64,000 bases of DNA from Promethearchaeota archaeon (lineage in GTDB: Archaea; Asgardarchaeota; Lokiarchaeia; Sigyniarchaeales; SOKP01), in the NCBI GenBank assembly GCA_048937405.1, contig JBHLNF010000008.1:96001-160000 (forward strand), in the 5' to 3' direction. The notes under the pieces are model-generated. The model worked only from the letters and a program-made list of their open reading frames with translations. It was not told the origin of the DNA and did not search any database. The position numbers and the translations under genes are program-made. Positions 1-11,138 of this stretch are shown here, piece after piece (within the stretch, counting starts at the first letter, position 1; each line of letters opens with the position of its first letter).

Positions 1-1056
1 ACGATCATAAGGGGGTGTTGCACCAGGCACGAAAAACCATGCTCCAATATTCATATTAAATCTAAATAGATCTATTCGATTAAAATAACCTTGTCCCCAG
101 GTTGGATCACAAGCAATCCATCCAATTTTAGGCACATAATATTCAACCCATGCATGACCGAGAATCTTTTTAGAAGAAAATGTAGACATAGTTAAACCAT
201 TAAAATTGATATCAAAACTATATTGATCACCTATTTTAGGTCTAAGTGAAGTGTTATTTGTTATTAAAAAACCAGTTACCTTCCTTGCGGGAATACTTTG
301 AATTCTCAAAAGTGTAATCATTAAGTCAGAAAAATCTGAGCAATCTCCTACTCCTTGATTATATGCTTCTAACGCCCCAATCTCTTCATCTTGTTTTTTA
401 TATTCAATATTATTAACAATCCAATTGAAAATACCTTGAGCTTTCTCTACAGGAGTATCCGTAGGATTAACAATACTATTTGAGAGTTCTACTAAGCTAG
501 GATTATCGCATTCATAGAATATTTCTGTGGTATTATATAGTGTAAAGATTTCATCTCCAAAATCATAAACTCCTATATCTTCACTTTGAATGTCATTAAA
601 TTTAATTTCATTAAGGGTAATATTATATTTTTGATTTAAAGTTAATCTTTCATATCTACTTAATGTTGTATTAAATATATCATAAGAATTATTGAATTTA
701 TCTAGAACTCCTTTATTTATTTCATCATACCCAGTAATATTATTAAATAAAATTTCACATTCTTGATAAGGAGGACAATATTTGGTTAAAATTGAGTTCG
801 GTTGACGATCATTCAATCTTGCTACTTTAAAGGTGTAAAACTGAGGTAAAATTCTATTGTGGATCATTGTAAAATTAATTACAACCTCATATTTCACATT
901 CTGTATTACATCGAATTTAGATACTCCATAGTCAAGTGTGGATAATTGGGGATATATATCTATGGTATTAAAATAATTTATTGAGATTATTCCCATAGGA
1001 TTTATTGAAGAAACAATGAATAAGCATAAGAAAATTACAGATGGTTTTGTCTTCAT
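1..1056 (-). CDS. Secreted transglutaminase-like cysteine protease-family protein (partial; runs off the left edge; not in the ORF track)
   Basis: Manual translation from ATG at 1056: MKTKPSVIFLCLFIVSSINPMG (signal-like), then GVGDCSDFSDLMITLLRIQSIPARKVTGF and GHAWVEYYVPKIGWIACDPTWG, the Cys-His-Asp transglutaminase-like triad motifs. Confidence 0.88.
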   Translation of the reverse strand, partial: MKTKPSVIFLCLFIVSSINPMGIISINYFNTIDIYPQLSTLDYGVSKFDVIQNVKYEVVINFTMIHNRILPQFYTFKVARLNDRQPNSILTKYCPPYQECEILFNNITGYDEINKGVLDKFNNSYDIFNTTLSRYERLTLNQKYNITLNEIKFNDIQSEDIGVYDFGDEIFTLYNTTEIFYECDNPSLVELSNSIVNPTDTPVEKAQGIFNWIVNNIEYKKQDEEIGALEAYNQGVGDCSDFSDLMITLLRIQSIPARKVTGFLITNNTSLRPKIGDQYSFDINFNGLTMSTFSSKKILGHAWVEYYVPKIGWIACDPTWGQGYFNRIDLFRFNMNIGAWFFVPGATPPYDR

Positions 1057-1153
1057 AATAAAATCATAGAACTTAGAAATTTTTATATTAGAAATATAAA
1101 TTTCTATTTTTAATTTTAACTATTTTAAAATAGTAAAGTAATGATTCATAAGC

Positions 1154-1840
1154 ATGAAGTTTTTTATTTTTTATATATATAAAAAATTCTATTTTTTCAG
1201 GAATTTGATTTATAAGATTTATTTAATTGATGCTGACAATGGAATATCACTTTATGAATCAACATTTAAAAAATTAGAAAGGATTCAAGATGAAATCCTA
1301 ACTGGTTTTTTTAAGGCAATAAATACGACTATAGATGTGATCCAAGAGTCTATGTCTAAAGGAAGAAGAGTAAATGAGATGAATAGGGTTTTACAATCAG
1401 AAGATTCTACGATATTTATTTACTACCACCCTTTATCAAGAATTCTTTTCTGCTCAATTTCTGATGCGGATGATGATACAGGAAAAATTGAAGAAATTAT
1501 TCACAAAATAGCAAATCGTTTTTGGAAAAAACATCAATCTGACCTTAAAAACTTCAGAACGACAACAGATAAAAGCAGATTTCATACATTAATCGTTGAT
1601 ATTGAAAATTTAACAATTGGAGGACGCATAGCAGAAGTATTTCCTAAATTAGTAATTGTTAAAAAAGTATTAGAAAAAGTGTTAACTATGGGAATGATAA
1701 ATGATTTTGATTTTAAGGTTGCTATACAATGCACAGGAAAAAACTCACCTCTAAAAATCTCTAGAAATTTAAGCAAAAAGCGTACAGAAATAAACGAAGT
1801 TCTGAAGAAATTAGAAGAATTAGATATTATTAAGATCTAA
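1154..1840 (+). CDS. Longin-like domain protein with C-terminal winged-helix; true start probably TTG at 1205
   Basis: IYKIYLIDADNGISLYE...EILTGFFKAIN...ILFCSISD...IANRFWKKH matches the Asgard longin-like pattern; C-terminal PLKISRNLSKKRTEINEVLKKLEELDII is wHTH-like. Confidence 0.55.
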   Translation: MKFFIFYIYKKFYFFRNLIYKIYLIDADNGISLYESTFKKLERIQDEILTGFFKAINTTIDVIQESMSKGRRVNEMNRVLQSEDSTIFIYYHPLSRILFCSISDADDDTGKIEEIIHKIANRFWKKHQSDLKNFRTTTDKSRFHTLIVDIENLTIGGRIAEVFPKLVIVKKVLEKVLTMGMINDFDFKVAIQCTGKNSPLKISRNLSKKRTEINEVLKKLEELDIIKI

Positions 1841-1987
1841 TTTAACTATTAATTTCAGTAAATTGATAGATATATGAAATGGTGATTTATTAATTTCAAG
1901 ACTGTGTAGTAAGAGAAATAGAAAAGAATAAAAATTTTGATATTTTTTCAAGATTAAATAAGATAATTTTAAAATCATTGAAAAATC

Positions 1988-2587
1988 ATGGAAAAAGAAC
2001 CTTCGCTTATAGCTTTAGTTAATAGTCCTGCCAAAGATGCTCATAAAAGAAATGGTTCAGGATTTTCTTTAAAAGAAATTAAAGATGCTGGAAAGAATGT
2101 TCAATCATTAATGAAGTTGAATATTAAAATTGATTACTTTCGAAAATCTGCATATGCTACAAATATTGAGACCTTAAAATCATTAAAAATACCAACTGAA
2201 AAAAGCAAGAAAAAGAAACCTTTTGTTATGAAAGAAAAGAAGAAAACTCCATTTAAACCTAAAGTAAAAAAGCCAAAAACAGTAACTAAAAAACCAATTG
2301 AAAAAAAGTCAAAAATAACTACAGCTAAGTTCACTACTAAACCCAAAATGAAAGAAGAGAAAAAACCTCCTAAATTAGAAAAAATTTCATCTGGACCAGT
2401 GGGGACTCCATTAACAGAATTATCTGGATTAGGTGGTGCAACAGCAAAAAAATTTATCGAACTTGGAGTTAATAATGTAGAAGATTTGTGTAAAGAAAAT
2501 CCTGAAGAATTAGCAACTTTAATTAAGGGAGTTTCTTTGGATAGATTAAAAAAATGGATTGATGAAGGAAATAAGCTGATAAAATAA
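1988..2587 (+). CDS. Ribosomal protein eL13 (L13e)-like domain fused through a Lys-rich linker to a helix-hairpin-helix domain
   Basis: RNGSGFSLKEIKDAG...IDYFRKSAYATNIETLK resembles the L13e RxGRGFSLxELKxAG...VDxRR motif; LTELSGLGGATAKKFIELGVNNVEDL is HhH-like. Confidence 0.65.
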   Translation: MEKEPSLIALVNSPAKDAHKRNGSGFSLKEIKDAGKNVQSLMKLNIKIDYFRKSAYATNIETLKSLKIPTEKSKKKKPFVMKEKKKTPFKPKVKKPKTVTKKPIEKKSKITTAKFTTKPKMKEEKKPPKLEKISSGPVGTPLTELSGLGGATAKKFIELGVNNVEDLCKENPEELATLIKGVSLDRLKKWIDEGNKLIK

Positions 2588-2732
2588 CAATCTTATATTT
2601 TTATATTTACCTTTTTAGTGAATTTGAAATTACCCTAATGCTATTTTATTATTACTCAAATTTTTTAAACTATTAATATATTTTAAAAGTAATTTTATTT
2701 TCTTAAATAAAAAAATATAAGAGAGAAAGTAT

Positions 2733-3227
2733 ATGGAATATAATTATTTCGTATATAACAAACCAGAATGTAGAATAATAATTAATAGAATGCCAAAATG
2801 GTTTACAGAGATAGAATATAACGGAGATGAGAATCAAGGTACCATTATATTATACTCTCAAAATGAATATGATGAAATCTGGGGTCCAGAATCTAAAATG
2901 GAGATAAATTGGGAAAAAAAAGATAGAATGAACTTATTTTATTACAAAGAAGTCCAAAATTCTATAGATGTTTATAATGCGATTGGAATTGTTGTTACAG
3001 AAAAAAATAGAGATTGGTTAAGGAGCCATGAGATAACATTTTGGTATGGGCATCGAAATAAAATGATTAGAAAAAGATTTTACCATGAAAATGGAATACA
3101 TTGTGTTTTTTATTGTGATATAACTGAAAGATTATTCAATTTTCATACAGCAATAATTGGGGATCTTTATGAGAATTATAAACCATATATTATAAACTCT
3201 TATAATTCTATAGTTTGCCATGATTAA
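2733..3227 (+). CDS. Hypothetical protein
   Basis: 164-aa ORF with protein-like composition; no recognised motif. Confidence 0.6.
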   Translation: MEYNYFVYNKPECRIIINRMPKWFTEIEYNGDENQGTIILYSQNEYDEIWGPESKMEINWEKKDRMNLFYYKEVQNSIDVYNAIGIVVTEKNRDWLRSHEITFWYGHRNKMIRKRFYHENGIHCVFYCDITERLFNFHTAIIGDLYENYKPYIINSYNSIVCHD

Positions 3228-3967
3228 ACAGATTTACGAGCTAAAATAAAGAAGTTATCTTTTTCTGTAGGCCCTCCTGTTAGTTTGAATTCAATAATAT
3301 TAAAAACCTTCAATAATTTTTTAAGTTCACGCTTAGAAAAGAAATGATAAAACCTATTATATTTTTCTTGTTCTTTTGAAAGAGTCCAAGGAATATATTT
3401 ATCACCAAATTCCTCCAAACCAATTATATTCTGCTGTTTTTTATAATTAATACTAAAGTTTCTTCTAAACCATTCTAAGAAAAAATAATTTCTAAATCTT
3501 TTTTGCCACTTACGCCAAACAGTTAGGATTAGATTACCATTTTTTTTTAATGAAGCATATATTTGAAAAATTGTATTTTTTCTTATATTATTCCTTTTTA
3601 TATGATGTAAGGAAGCTATTGAAAAAACATTGTGAATGGAATTATCTCTGAAAGGAAGATTTGTAATATCTCCTAACAAAAGCTGGATAAAATTTGCTTC
3701 ATATTGGGAATATTGATCAGAATTTTTTAAAATAAATTTAGCTATTTTTAAAAATTCAAGAGAGATATCCAATCCAATTAATTTATTGGGAGGTGTAATC
3801 ATTAATTTAAAATTTCTACCATGAGCACATCCCAAATCTAAAGAGAGTCCCTTAAAAACATATCCCTTATTTTTTAAGTGTCCGAGAAAAAAAATTAGTG
3901 GACGCCATGGTTTTTTTCGTTTTAAATGGTAATCTTGTGCTATTTTATTAAAAGGTAATTTCTCCAT
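3224..3967 (-). CDS. Class I SAM-dependent methyltransferase (Trm9/ALKBH8-like)
   Basis: LDLGCAHGRN motif I, GLDIS, GDITNLPF, SIASLHH, IPW...RFYHFF. Confidence 0.85.
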   Translation of the reverse strand: MEKLPFNKIAQDYHLKRKKPWRPLIFFLGHLKNKGYVFKGLSLDLGCAHGRNFKLMITPPNKLIGLDISLEFLKIAKFILKNSDQYSQYEANFIQLLLGDITNLPFRDNSIHNVFSIASLHHIKRNNIRKNTIFQIYASLKKNGNLILTVWRKWQKRFRNYFFLEWFRRNFSINYKKQQNIIGLEEFGDKYIPWTLSKEQEKYNRFYHFFSKRELKKLLKVFNIIEFKLTGGPTEKDNFFILARKSV

Positions 3968-4194
3968 AAAAAATTCAATTTAATAGATGGAATTTTTAAT
4001 TATGAATTTTCCATCCTGAAATATATCGTTGTTCTAATAAATAATCTAGATTATTATTAGAATTTATTAATGAATTAAATCACTTTCAAATAATAAAGAT
4101 TGTCAACAAGGAAAAACATAAATATATAAAAAAATAATTAATTAGAAAAATAATTTTCAATATATTTATTAGATTATTTCAAAGAAATTAATTT

Positions 4195-5835
4195 ATGAAG
4201 GATATCACGAACATTCTAACGGATTTTTTTAGAATAATGAGAGATGATATTTTAGAATACTATCATCGAAGTCATTCTTATTTAAAAGATCTAATAATGT
4301 ATAAAAAAATTGATTTAAATAAAACAACGGAAAACGAACGTGAAAAGAATTTAATTTCAAATTTAAGAAAAATGTTAAAAGCTATTAAAACTGGTTTAAA
4401 CACAATCGGTGTATCAATTGATAAGTTAAATGAGTGTCAAAATGATTTCATGGAATCTTTAAACGAGAATAGAGCAAAAATTCAAGATTATAATTCCTAT
4501 TTCGAAATGTATTTAATGAAATACGTGAATAAGATATTATTTGATATATTAATTGATTATCTTCTTGAAATGGATACTAAAAAATTGGAGAATGTAAATA
4601 TTTTTGATCTCTTACCTCCATTTTTTATTTCAAATCTAAATGAGTTCAAAAAGAAATGGTTTAATACTCCAGAGATAATTAATCTCTTTAAACAACAAAA
4701 TCTTGATAATTATATTAATTTTAAAGATTTAACTCTCAAATCTGAAGAATCTACAGAAATTGATATATTAAAGCAATTAAAACAAGCGAAACGAGATATT
4801 ATTGAGACTTTAAAAACACCTAAAACAGAATTAAATAAATTTTCAAAAGAACCTAGGGAAGAAAAGTTGATCTTTAAAGAGAAAACTTTTCCAAGTACAT
4901 TAAAAGTTCCCTCAAATCAAGATTTATATACAGATTTTATGAGTAATACATTTCTTGATTATTTTGGACAATTTTCACCAATCAATATTGACATTATTAA
5001 TCGTTTTAATATTAAAAAAGTCAATTTAATCAAATTTAGAGATTTTAGAAAAGAATATTTTGATCTAGAAAATTTATATCATTATATTTCAATTCTAAGA
5101 ATGCTAAATATCAGAGTTCCATTTACTGAGAGAGAAATAATAGAAATTGTTAAAAATTTTATAAATGAAAAGATTTTTAGTTCCTCAAAAGAAAATGTTC
5201 CAGATCCTAAAAATATATTTTATGGTTTAGCTCTATTTTTAGAATTAAATTTGCTAAGCAACACAGATCTTATAGATCTTCAAAAAATTGAAGAATTCCT
5301 GAAATTAGAATTAAGAAATTTTATTCCGGAAAAATTAGAATTAAATCTATATTCAGTATTATGCTTAAAACTCTTAGGAAAAAACCATAAAATTTCATTC
5401 AATAAAAATTCAATTCTAGAATTACTATTAAAAATAAATATAGTAACCCTTGAAAATTTTTTACCATGTTTAGACATTTATAATTATTTAGCTTTGCTTA
5501 GGTTGTTAGATAAAAATTTGAATCTAATACAATTCAAATCATTGTATACTAATGAAATAAAGAAGCTCTTAACTCCTAATGGTTCAATTAATGATTTGAT
5601 AACTGATTCAGCAAAAGCTTTACTAATATTTGATTTATTAAAACTAAAAGAAAAAGAAGTAGAAATATCTGGTAAATTATTAAATTACATATCAAAGACA
5701 ACAGATTTTTTTAATATCGAAAATCTTGATAAAAAATTTAATTGGACAAATGATAAATTAGGTTTTAAGGTTGAGTTAGAAATATTATATTGGGCTTTAT
5801 TGGGGTATTCACAATATATCTCGAAAACTAATTAA
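4195..5835 (+). CDS. Hypothetical all-helical protein; C-terminal half may be a degenerate prenyltransferase-type alpha/alpha barrel
   Basis: 546-aa ORF with repeated helical pattern; fold assignment weak. Confidence 0.55.
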   Translation: MKDITNILTDFFRIMRDDILEYYHRSHSYLKDLIMYKKIDLNKTTENEREKNLISNLRKMLKAIKTGLNTIGVSIDKLNECQNDFMESLNENRAKIQDYNSYFEMYLMKYVNKILFDILIDYLLEMDTKKLENVNIFDLLPPFFISNLNEFKKKWFNTPEIINLFKQQNLDNYINFKDLTLKSEESTEIDILKQLKQAKRDIIETLKTPKTELNKFSKEPREEKLIFKEKTFPSTLKVPSNQDLYTDFMSNTFLDYFGQFSPINIDIINRFNIKKVNLIKFRDFRKEYFDLENLYHYISILRMLNIRVPFTEREIIEIVKNFINEKIFSSSKENVPDPKNIFYGLALFLELNLLSNTDLIDLQKIEEFLKLELRNFIPEKLELNLYSVLCLKLLGKNHKISFNKNSILELLLKINIVTLENFLPCLDIYNYLALLRLLDKNLNLIQFKSLYTNEIKKLLTPNGSINDLITDSAKALLIFDLLKLKEKEVEISGKLLNYISKTTDFFNIENLDKKFNWTNDKLGFKVELEILYWALLGYSQYISKTN

Positions 5836-6443
5836 TAATCAGTTATTTTAGATATCATTTGTAGGAATTTTTTTACAGTTGGATGAAAATTCCCTTTTTT
5901 TTTCGAATTATTCCAATCTTGTATTATTTTATGATTCTTTTTTAGTTCTTGTAATGTCTTTTGACCTAAATCAGTCCAAAAATCTTTCTCAATAATAGGA
6001 GCATCTTCCTCAATACCGGGACAATATTCTTTTCCTTTTTCTGTATAAAAAATGTCTATAATATCATTATTTTTATTATTCCCTTTGTCTAAAAAACCAA
6101 ATGAAAATGGAAATGTTTGACAAAATCTTGGTCGTAAACTATATATTAAGCACTTTTTCTTCTTTACATTATAAAAATAACAATGTCCTAAACTATTTTT
6201 CAATAAACCTATAAATGCTAGTCCCTTCTCTGTTTCTATTGGTGTAATTATCATTCGCCGTTGATCTTCAATGCTCAATGGTTTATCAAATTTGTAAAAC
6301 CCTAAAGCGTTAAGTAGTTCATTTAAATCTAATCCTAAACCATTTTTTATCCTTAATATATCTAAATATGTAAGATTCACAATTGTATTTTTGTCAGTGC
6401 AACAATTACCACATCTGATACAAGAAAATCTTAAAGATATCAT
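5832..6443 (-). CDS. YkgJ-family cysteine-cluster (Zn/Fe-chelating) protein
   Basis: FSCIRCGNCC, CYFY...CLIYSLRPRFCQTFPF, CPG. Confidence 0.88.
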   Translation of the reverse strand: MISLRFSCIRCGNCCTDKNTIVNLTYLDILRIKNGLGLDLNELLNALGFYKFDKPLSIEDQRRMIITPIETEKGLAFIGLLKNSLGHCYFYNVKKKKCLIYSLRPRFCQTFPFSFGFLDKGNNKNNDIIDIFYTEKGKEYCPGIEEDAPIIEKDFWTDLGQKTLQELKKNHKIIQDWNNSKKKGNFHPTVKKFLQMISKITDY

Positions 6444-6485
6444 AAAAGACTAGGATCAAAAAAAGTGATATTGTATCTGATTATT

Positions 6486-9400
6486 CTAATTATTTAAGGG
6501 TATAATTATTTTTTGTTTAATCAGAGATTCAATTGCTTCGATAACTAAATTCTTGTTTTCTTCATGAATCATTTCTATTATATTATTCAAGTTAGTGATT
6601 ATATTATCTTTTGACATAGACGGAATTACATTTATTAATCGCATTTCCATTTTTGTCAGATTTCTCTCTTTTTTTATCTTTATTAGGTTGATATCACCAG
6701 CTAGCTTAAATGAATCTTTATAATATAATTCAAAATACTCGATCAATATTTCAGGAACTAAGATTTCAAATTGATCTAATGAACCATCCCAATTTTCCAA
6801 CTGTGTTGAAAGTTTCAGGTTTAAAGCTAACATAAGATGAGAAACTATACTTTTCATTCGTTCAGATGATCTCTCTTCAAGAATAAATACAGCTCTAAGA
6901 TCTTCAATATCTGCAATAAGGCAATAGAATTGTTTAAAATCTAATTCAATCATTTTTTCGACGCCATATGTCTCTTTGGATTCAATGGATTGAGACTCAA
7001 CAGTTTCTTTTTGATAAAATTCTTCAGCAACCATGGTGATAGCTTGAATAAATCCTGAAAAAAGTTCTTTTTTATGCTTCTCTAAGATTGAATAGCTTTT
7101 TGAATAGATTGGTATCCCACTTAACCTATGTATTATAACAATTGCTTGAATATTTTTGAGATCTTTAAATTTTTGAGTTCTTGCTAATAAATCCGCTTCT
7201 TTTCGTCTTTTTCTTGGTAATAATATATAAGATCTCAAACTTAAAACTGCGAAAATAGATGCTATACCAATGGATATAAATAAAATTGCCCATAGTAAAA
7301 AATTTGGCTCTTCTGGGATTTCTTTAGGATTAATTATTTCAAATTGATAAATATGTATTTGTGGTTCATATCCAATTGATATAAATTCAAAAATTAATCG
7401 ATACATACCAGTTTTGTTAAAAAATTCAGTACTGAATTCAATAGAATAAATTCCATTAGATTCATCTTGTATTGAAAAGTAATTAGAATTACTAATATTT
7501 ACTAAGACTTGAGCTCCGGTTATACCCTCCTCATCAAATTCTGAATAATAATAAAATCGTATTGTGCTATTTTCATTGATTACAATTTTTGAGTCGGAAT
7601 CTAATCTCTGCAAATTTGTATTTTCTCCTAAATTAATTGTCAAAGTTAAATTACTATTAATAAAACCAAGTTTACTTGAATTAATGAATATATTATACAA
7701 TCCAAATCCACCTAAATCTGATGTATCTAAGATAGTTTCATAAATCCCTAATGCAGCCTCAACAAAATACTTTATACCTGTCGTCCAATTATAAGTAATT
7801 GATGCATTCGAAATGTATAAATCATTTTCTGCATCTTTTAAATAAATCCTTATTGGTATAATATCACCAGCAACACTTTCCGCGCTTAAATCCAGTTTAG
7901 CATCATCAGGTTTTAATAATAAAATTGAACTCTGATGTTTAACTATAAAATCAGATTTAAAACCTCCTAGTACTGTACCATTACTCCAAAATAAAGTATA
8001 TTCATAAATTCCCCCAATTGTGTTTAATGCTCCAAATGTAATCTCTGAAAAAGTAACATTACCATTGTTAGGTGGTAAACTCTCTTCGTAGAAAATAGTT
8101 CCATCAGGATGATAAATTGTAAGATTAATTTGAGAAGTATCTTTGGGAATCTTACCCATATTGCTTAATTGTGTTGTTATTTGAGTAGATTCTCCTGTAG
8201 TAAAATTTGCTCTCTCAACCCATTGACCTTGTTTAAAGAATTTAGTATTAGAATCATTTAAATAATTTGGCGATGTTGCTTTGAAATGCCACCAACCAGG
8301 ATATAAAGCAAAAGTTTTGTTAATTTTTAGATATTGTTCATCTGATTTTCCCAATTCGAATGGAATATTTTTTAGAGTTGGATCTTTTACATTTAAAAAA
8401 TTCCATTCTCTTGGTTTTTCAATTATAAAACTATTGTCAGTATAATCCGTTGGTGTATATAAATTATGAAGAAATTCCCAATAAATAGTACCATTATTTA
8501 GAATTTGGTAAGATATACCTTCTGAACCTTGTTGATTAATTTTTGATGATCCATTTCTATATCCATAAATAGTAGTATTCATATCAAATGTTAAGTGCGG
8601 AGATGAGCTGCTTAATGAGAGTATTACAGGATTAGAATCCCAAAGTCCTATAATAGATTTATTCGAATAGCCCCATTTATCTAGGTCGTTTAAATTGTCT
8701 CCGTTTATTCTTAGATCTATAAAATTCTGTGTTGAATTTGCTTTTGATGTTACAGTAAGAGAAATATTATCAAAATAAATTATATTCGTTAAACCTTCAT
8801 CATACATACCTGTATAAAGGTAACCCGCTCCAATCTTAAATCCTAAAGAAATATTAAATGTTTGTTGATATAAATTTTCATTAAATATTTGAGTTTTGTT
8901 ATCCCAAGCATCTATATGTAGTTTACCTGAACTTAGCCACTTTCTTTTACCTAGATCCGATATATCTAACATACCTTTAGAAAATATTTTTTGATCATTC
9001 AATTTTACATAAATATAATGATCATTTGTGGGGAGAGCATATTGACAATAATAATCAAAACTTAGATATGCATCAACAAAAGGTCCACTTGGAATCACAA
9101 ATTCTTGGTAAATCTCTGAAAATGCTCCTGTATCATAATCAAATTGGTCTGTATCAACATACTCTCCAAGTAGGGCAATATACATTGCATTAGAACCATT
9201 AACATCCGCAACACCGTTATAATTAAACCCATTTTCTACTTCTTGGTACTTAAATTTCCAATCATTTGAATTTATATCAATATTTGAAGTTGAATTCACA
9301 TACTCGTAATAATCTACATAATATCCAAAAAATTCGTTATTATTATTAGAATAATAATATAGTCTAAAAATTTCGCCTCGAAGCCAAGGGGAATAAAAAT

Positions 9401-10028
9401 CTGTATCTCCACTAGAATTAACATAATAAATATTGGTTCCATTTGTAATATAAAGGAAATCATAATATGGTTCAAAAAATACTTCAGTAAAATGAACTCG
9501 GATATAAGTAGCACCACTTACTATTATTTCATGATCAGGATTACCCCAAATTATGTTATTGTTCTGTTGATAAGGATGAGTCGTATTCCATTCACCATAA
9601 ACACGATATATGGTAGGGGAAAGGAATCCAGAATTATTTATCCAATTTCTCTTATCCTGTATATTCTTTATAGTATTTTCAATTTTTGACGCTTTCCAGT
9701 CATGAACATCATCTAAATAATAAGACAAATTTAATTTTTCTTGATTAAGTATAGAGGTGTATTGATTTTTTTCATAAAGAACCCCATAGTCGGTAATATT
9801 TAACACTGGCTCTATTCCTTCGAATATAACCGAATTACTATTAGCAGATTCTGGGTTATAACTAATTTCCTCGAGATACTCATTAGTATTATTAACATTA
9901 GAATTAACATGTAAAATATGGTTGAAAAATGTTGAATTAAATAAGATAGTTGAAAAGAGAATAAATGAGATTAAAACTATTTTCTGTTTCCTTTTTTTAT
10001 AAATTAATGTTTTTATAAATTTTTGCAT
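6486..10028 (-). CDS. Large surface protein: N-terminal signal/TM, CUB-like and Ig-like beta domains, TM helix, cytoplasmic longin-like domain
   Basis: IRVHFTEVFFEPYYDFLYI...GYYVDY is CUB-like; many NxS/T sequons; TM LLWAILFISIGIASIFAVL followed by RKRRK; IQAIVIIHRLSGIPIYSKSY...ELFSGFIQAI is longin-like. Confidence 0.7.
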   Translation of the reverse strand: MQKFIKTLIYKKRKQKIVLISFILFSTILFNSTFFNHILHVNSNVNNTNEYLEEISYNPESANSNSVIFEGIEPVLNITDYGVLYEKNQYTSILNQEKLNLSYYLDDVHDWKASKIENTIKNIQDKRNWINNSGFLSPTIYRVYGEWNTTHPYQQNNNIIWGNPDHEIIVSGATYIRVHFTEVFFEPYYDFLYITNGTNIYYVNSSGDTDFYSPWLRGEIFRLYYYSNNNNEFFGYYVDYYEYVNSTSNIDINSNDWKFKYQEVENGFNYNGVADVNGSNAMYIALLGEYVDTDQFDYDTGAFSEIYQEFVIPSGPFVDAYLSFDYYCQYALPTNDHYIYVKLNDQKIFSKGMLDISDLGKRKWLSSGKLHIDAWDNKTQIFNENLYQQTFNISLGFKIGAGYLYTGMYDEGLTNIIYFDNISLTVTSKANSTQNFIDLRINGDNLNDLDKWGYSNKSIIGLWDSNPVILSLSSSSPHLTFDMNTTIYGYRNGSSKINQQGSEGISYQILNNGTIYWEFLHNLYTPTDYTDNSFIIEKPREWNFLNVKDPTLKNIPFELGKSDEQYLKINKTFALYPGWWHFKATSPNYLNDSNTKFFKQGQWVERANFTTGESTQITTQLSNMGKIPKDTSQINLTIYHPDGTIFYEESLPPNNGNVTFSEITFGALNTIGGIYEYTLFWSNGTVLGGFKSDFIVKHQSSILLLKPDDAKLDLSAESVAGDIIPIRIYLKDAENDLYISNASITYNWTTGIKYFVEAALGIYETILDTSDLGGFGLYNIFINSSKLGFINSNLTLTINLGENTNLQRLDSDSKIVINENSTIRFYYYSEFDEEGITGAQVLVNISNSNYFSIQDESNGIYSIEFSTEFFNKTGMYRLIFEFISIGYEPQIHIYQFEIINPKEIPEEPNFLLWAILFISIGIASIFAVLSLRSYILLPRKRRKEADLLARTQKFKDLKNIQAIVIIHRLSGIPIYSKSYSILEKHKKELFSGFIQAITMVAEEFYQKETVESQSIESKETYGVEKMIELDFKQFYCLIADIEDLRAVFILEERSSERMKSIVSHLMLALNLKLSTQLENWDGSLDQFEILVPEILIEYFELYYKDSFKLAGDINLIKIKKERNLTKMEMRLINVIPSMSKDNIITNLNNIIEMIHEENKNLVIEAIESLIKQKIIIPLNN

Positions 10029-10272
10029 AATAAAACCCTAATTATAAGAAAAACTTAGATAACTTTATGTAACAAAAATGAAGTTCTATAAATTTAAATA
10101 ATTGTGATGTAAAAATCTTGAAAAAATTACTTTTAAAGACTTGTTAAAAATTTTGATTTTTTATATTTTTAAGAAAAAGCTAAATTTCAATAAATTGAGA
10201 TTGTTAACTCTTTAAATCTCATATTCAATTAATTTTAGAAAAATAATTCCTAAATTGATAGTATTAAATAAT

Positions 10273-10587
10273 TCAATTAGGTAAGAACTCGTCTTTAAGT
10301 TCTGAAATTAAAAATTTTTTATCTTTCTTTGAAATATTATTGATATGATGCCCACGATTAGAATATAAATCAGTGGGCCTTTTCTCGAATAATGAAAGGA
10401 GTAAGATTATAGCATTTGCAACGAAATCCTTATTTCGAGTTTGTTTAAGTAATTTCATAAGTTCTATAATTGAATTACTTATCCAAATTTCTCTAGCTAC
10501 TGGATTAATATTTTTTTCTTGAAAATGGTCTACAATTTTCAAATAAAACTCCATTTCAAATTCATTGCTTATGTTACTAATTTTCAT
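10273..10587 (-). CDS. Hypothetical protein
   Basis: 104-aa ORF; no motif. Confidence 0.55.
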   Translation of the reverse strand: MKISNISNEFEMEFYLKIVDHFQEKNINPVAREIWISNSIIELMKLLKQTRNKDFVANAIILLLSLFEKRPTDLYSNRGHHINNISKKDKKFLISELKDEFLPN

Positions 10588-11138
10588 CTTTTTTTGCTAA
10601 TTGGTAATTTCCAATTATTTGAAGATAAAACTTATTTTTAAGTTCATATGTTTTCTTCAATTTATGTGATATTATTCCGCACAAATTAATTATGCATTAT
10701 ATTTATTCAAACCAATATTGCCTATATTTCAAAATTTTGTTTAATAATTTTTTCATTTACAAAATTTTATAATATCTTTATAATGAACCTATGATCTATT
10801 TTATTTGGTAATATAATATATGGATATCATCATAACTTTCAAAGAATAAATCATAGAAAAAAATTCATATATATTTTTTTGAATATTTATCTATAAGAAA
10901 ATTAGAGACAGTTAATTTCAGTAGAAATATAATTTAATGGTGTTATTTTTTATTCATTTAAAAGGGGGTTGTTTGATTAATTTTAAGAAAATTAAATCTG
11001 TTATATTCCTATTATAAATTACGATATAAATGATTTCTCCTTAGCTCTTATAAACATTCATTTAATCCAAGATAATTTTCTTTTAACAAATAATAAAAAT
11101 GCTTAATATTATTGAAAAAAAAAGATTTATTATCTAAT

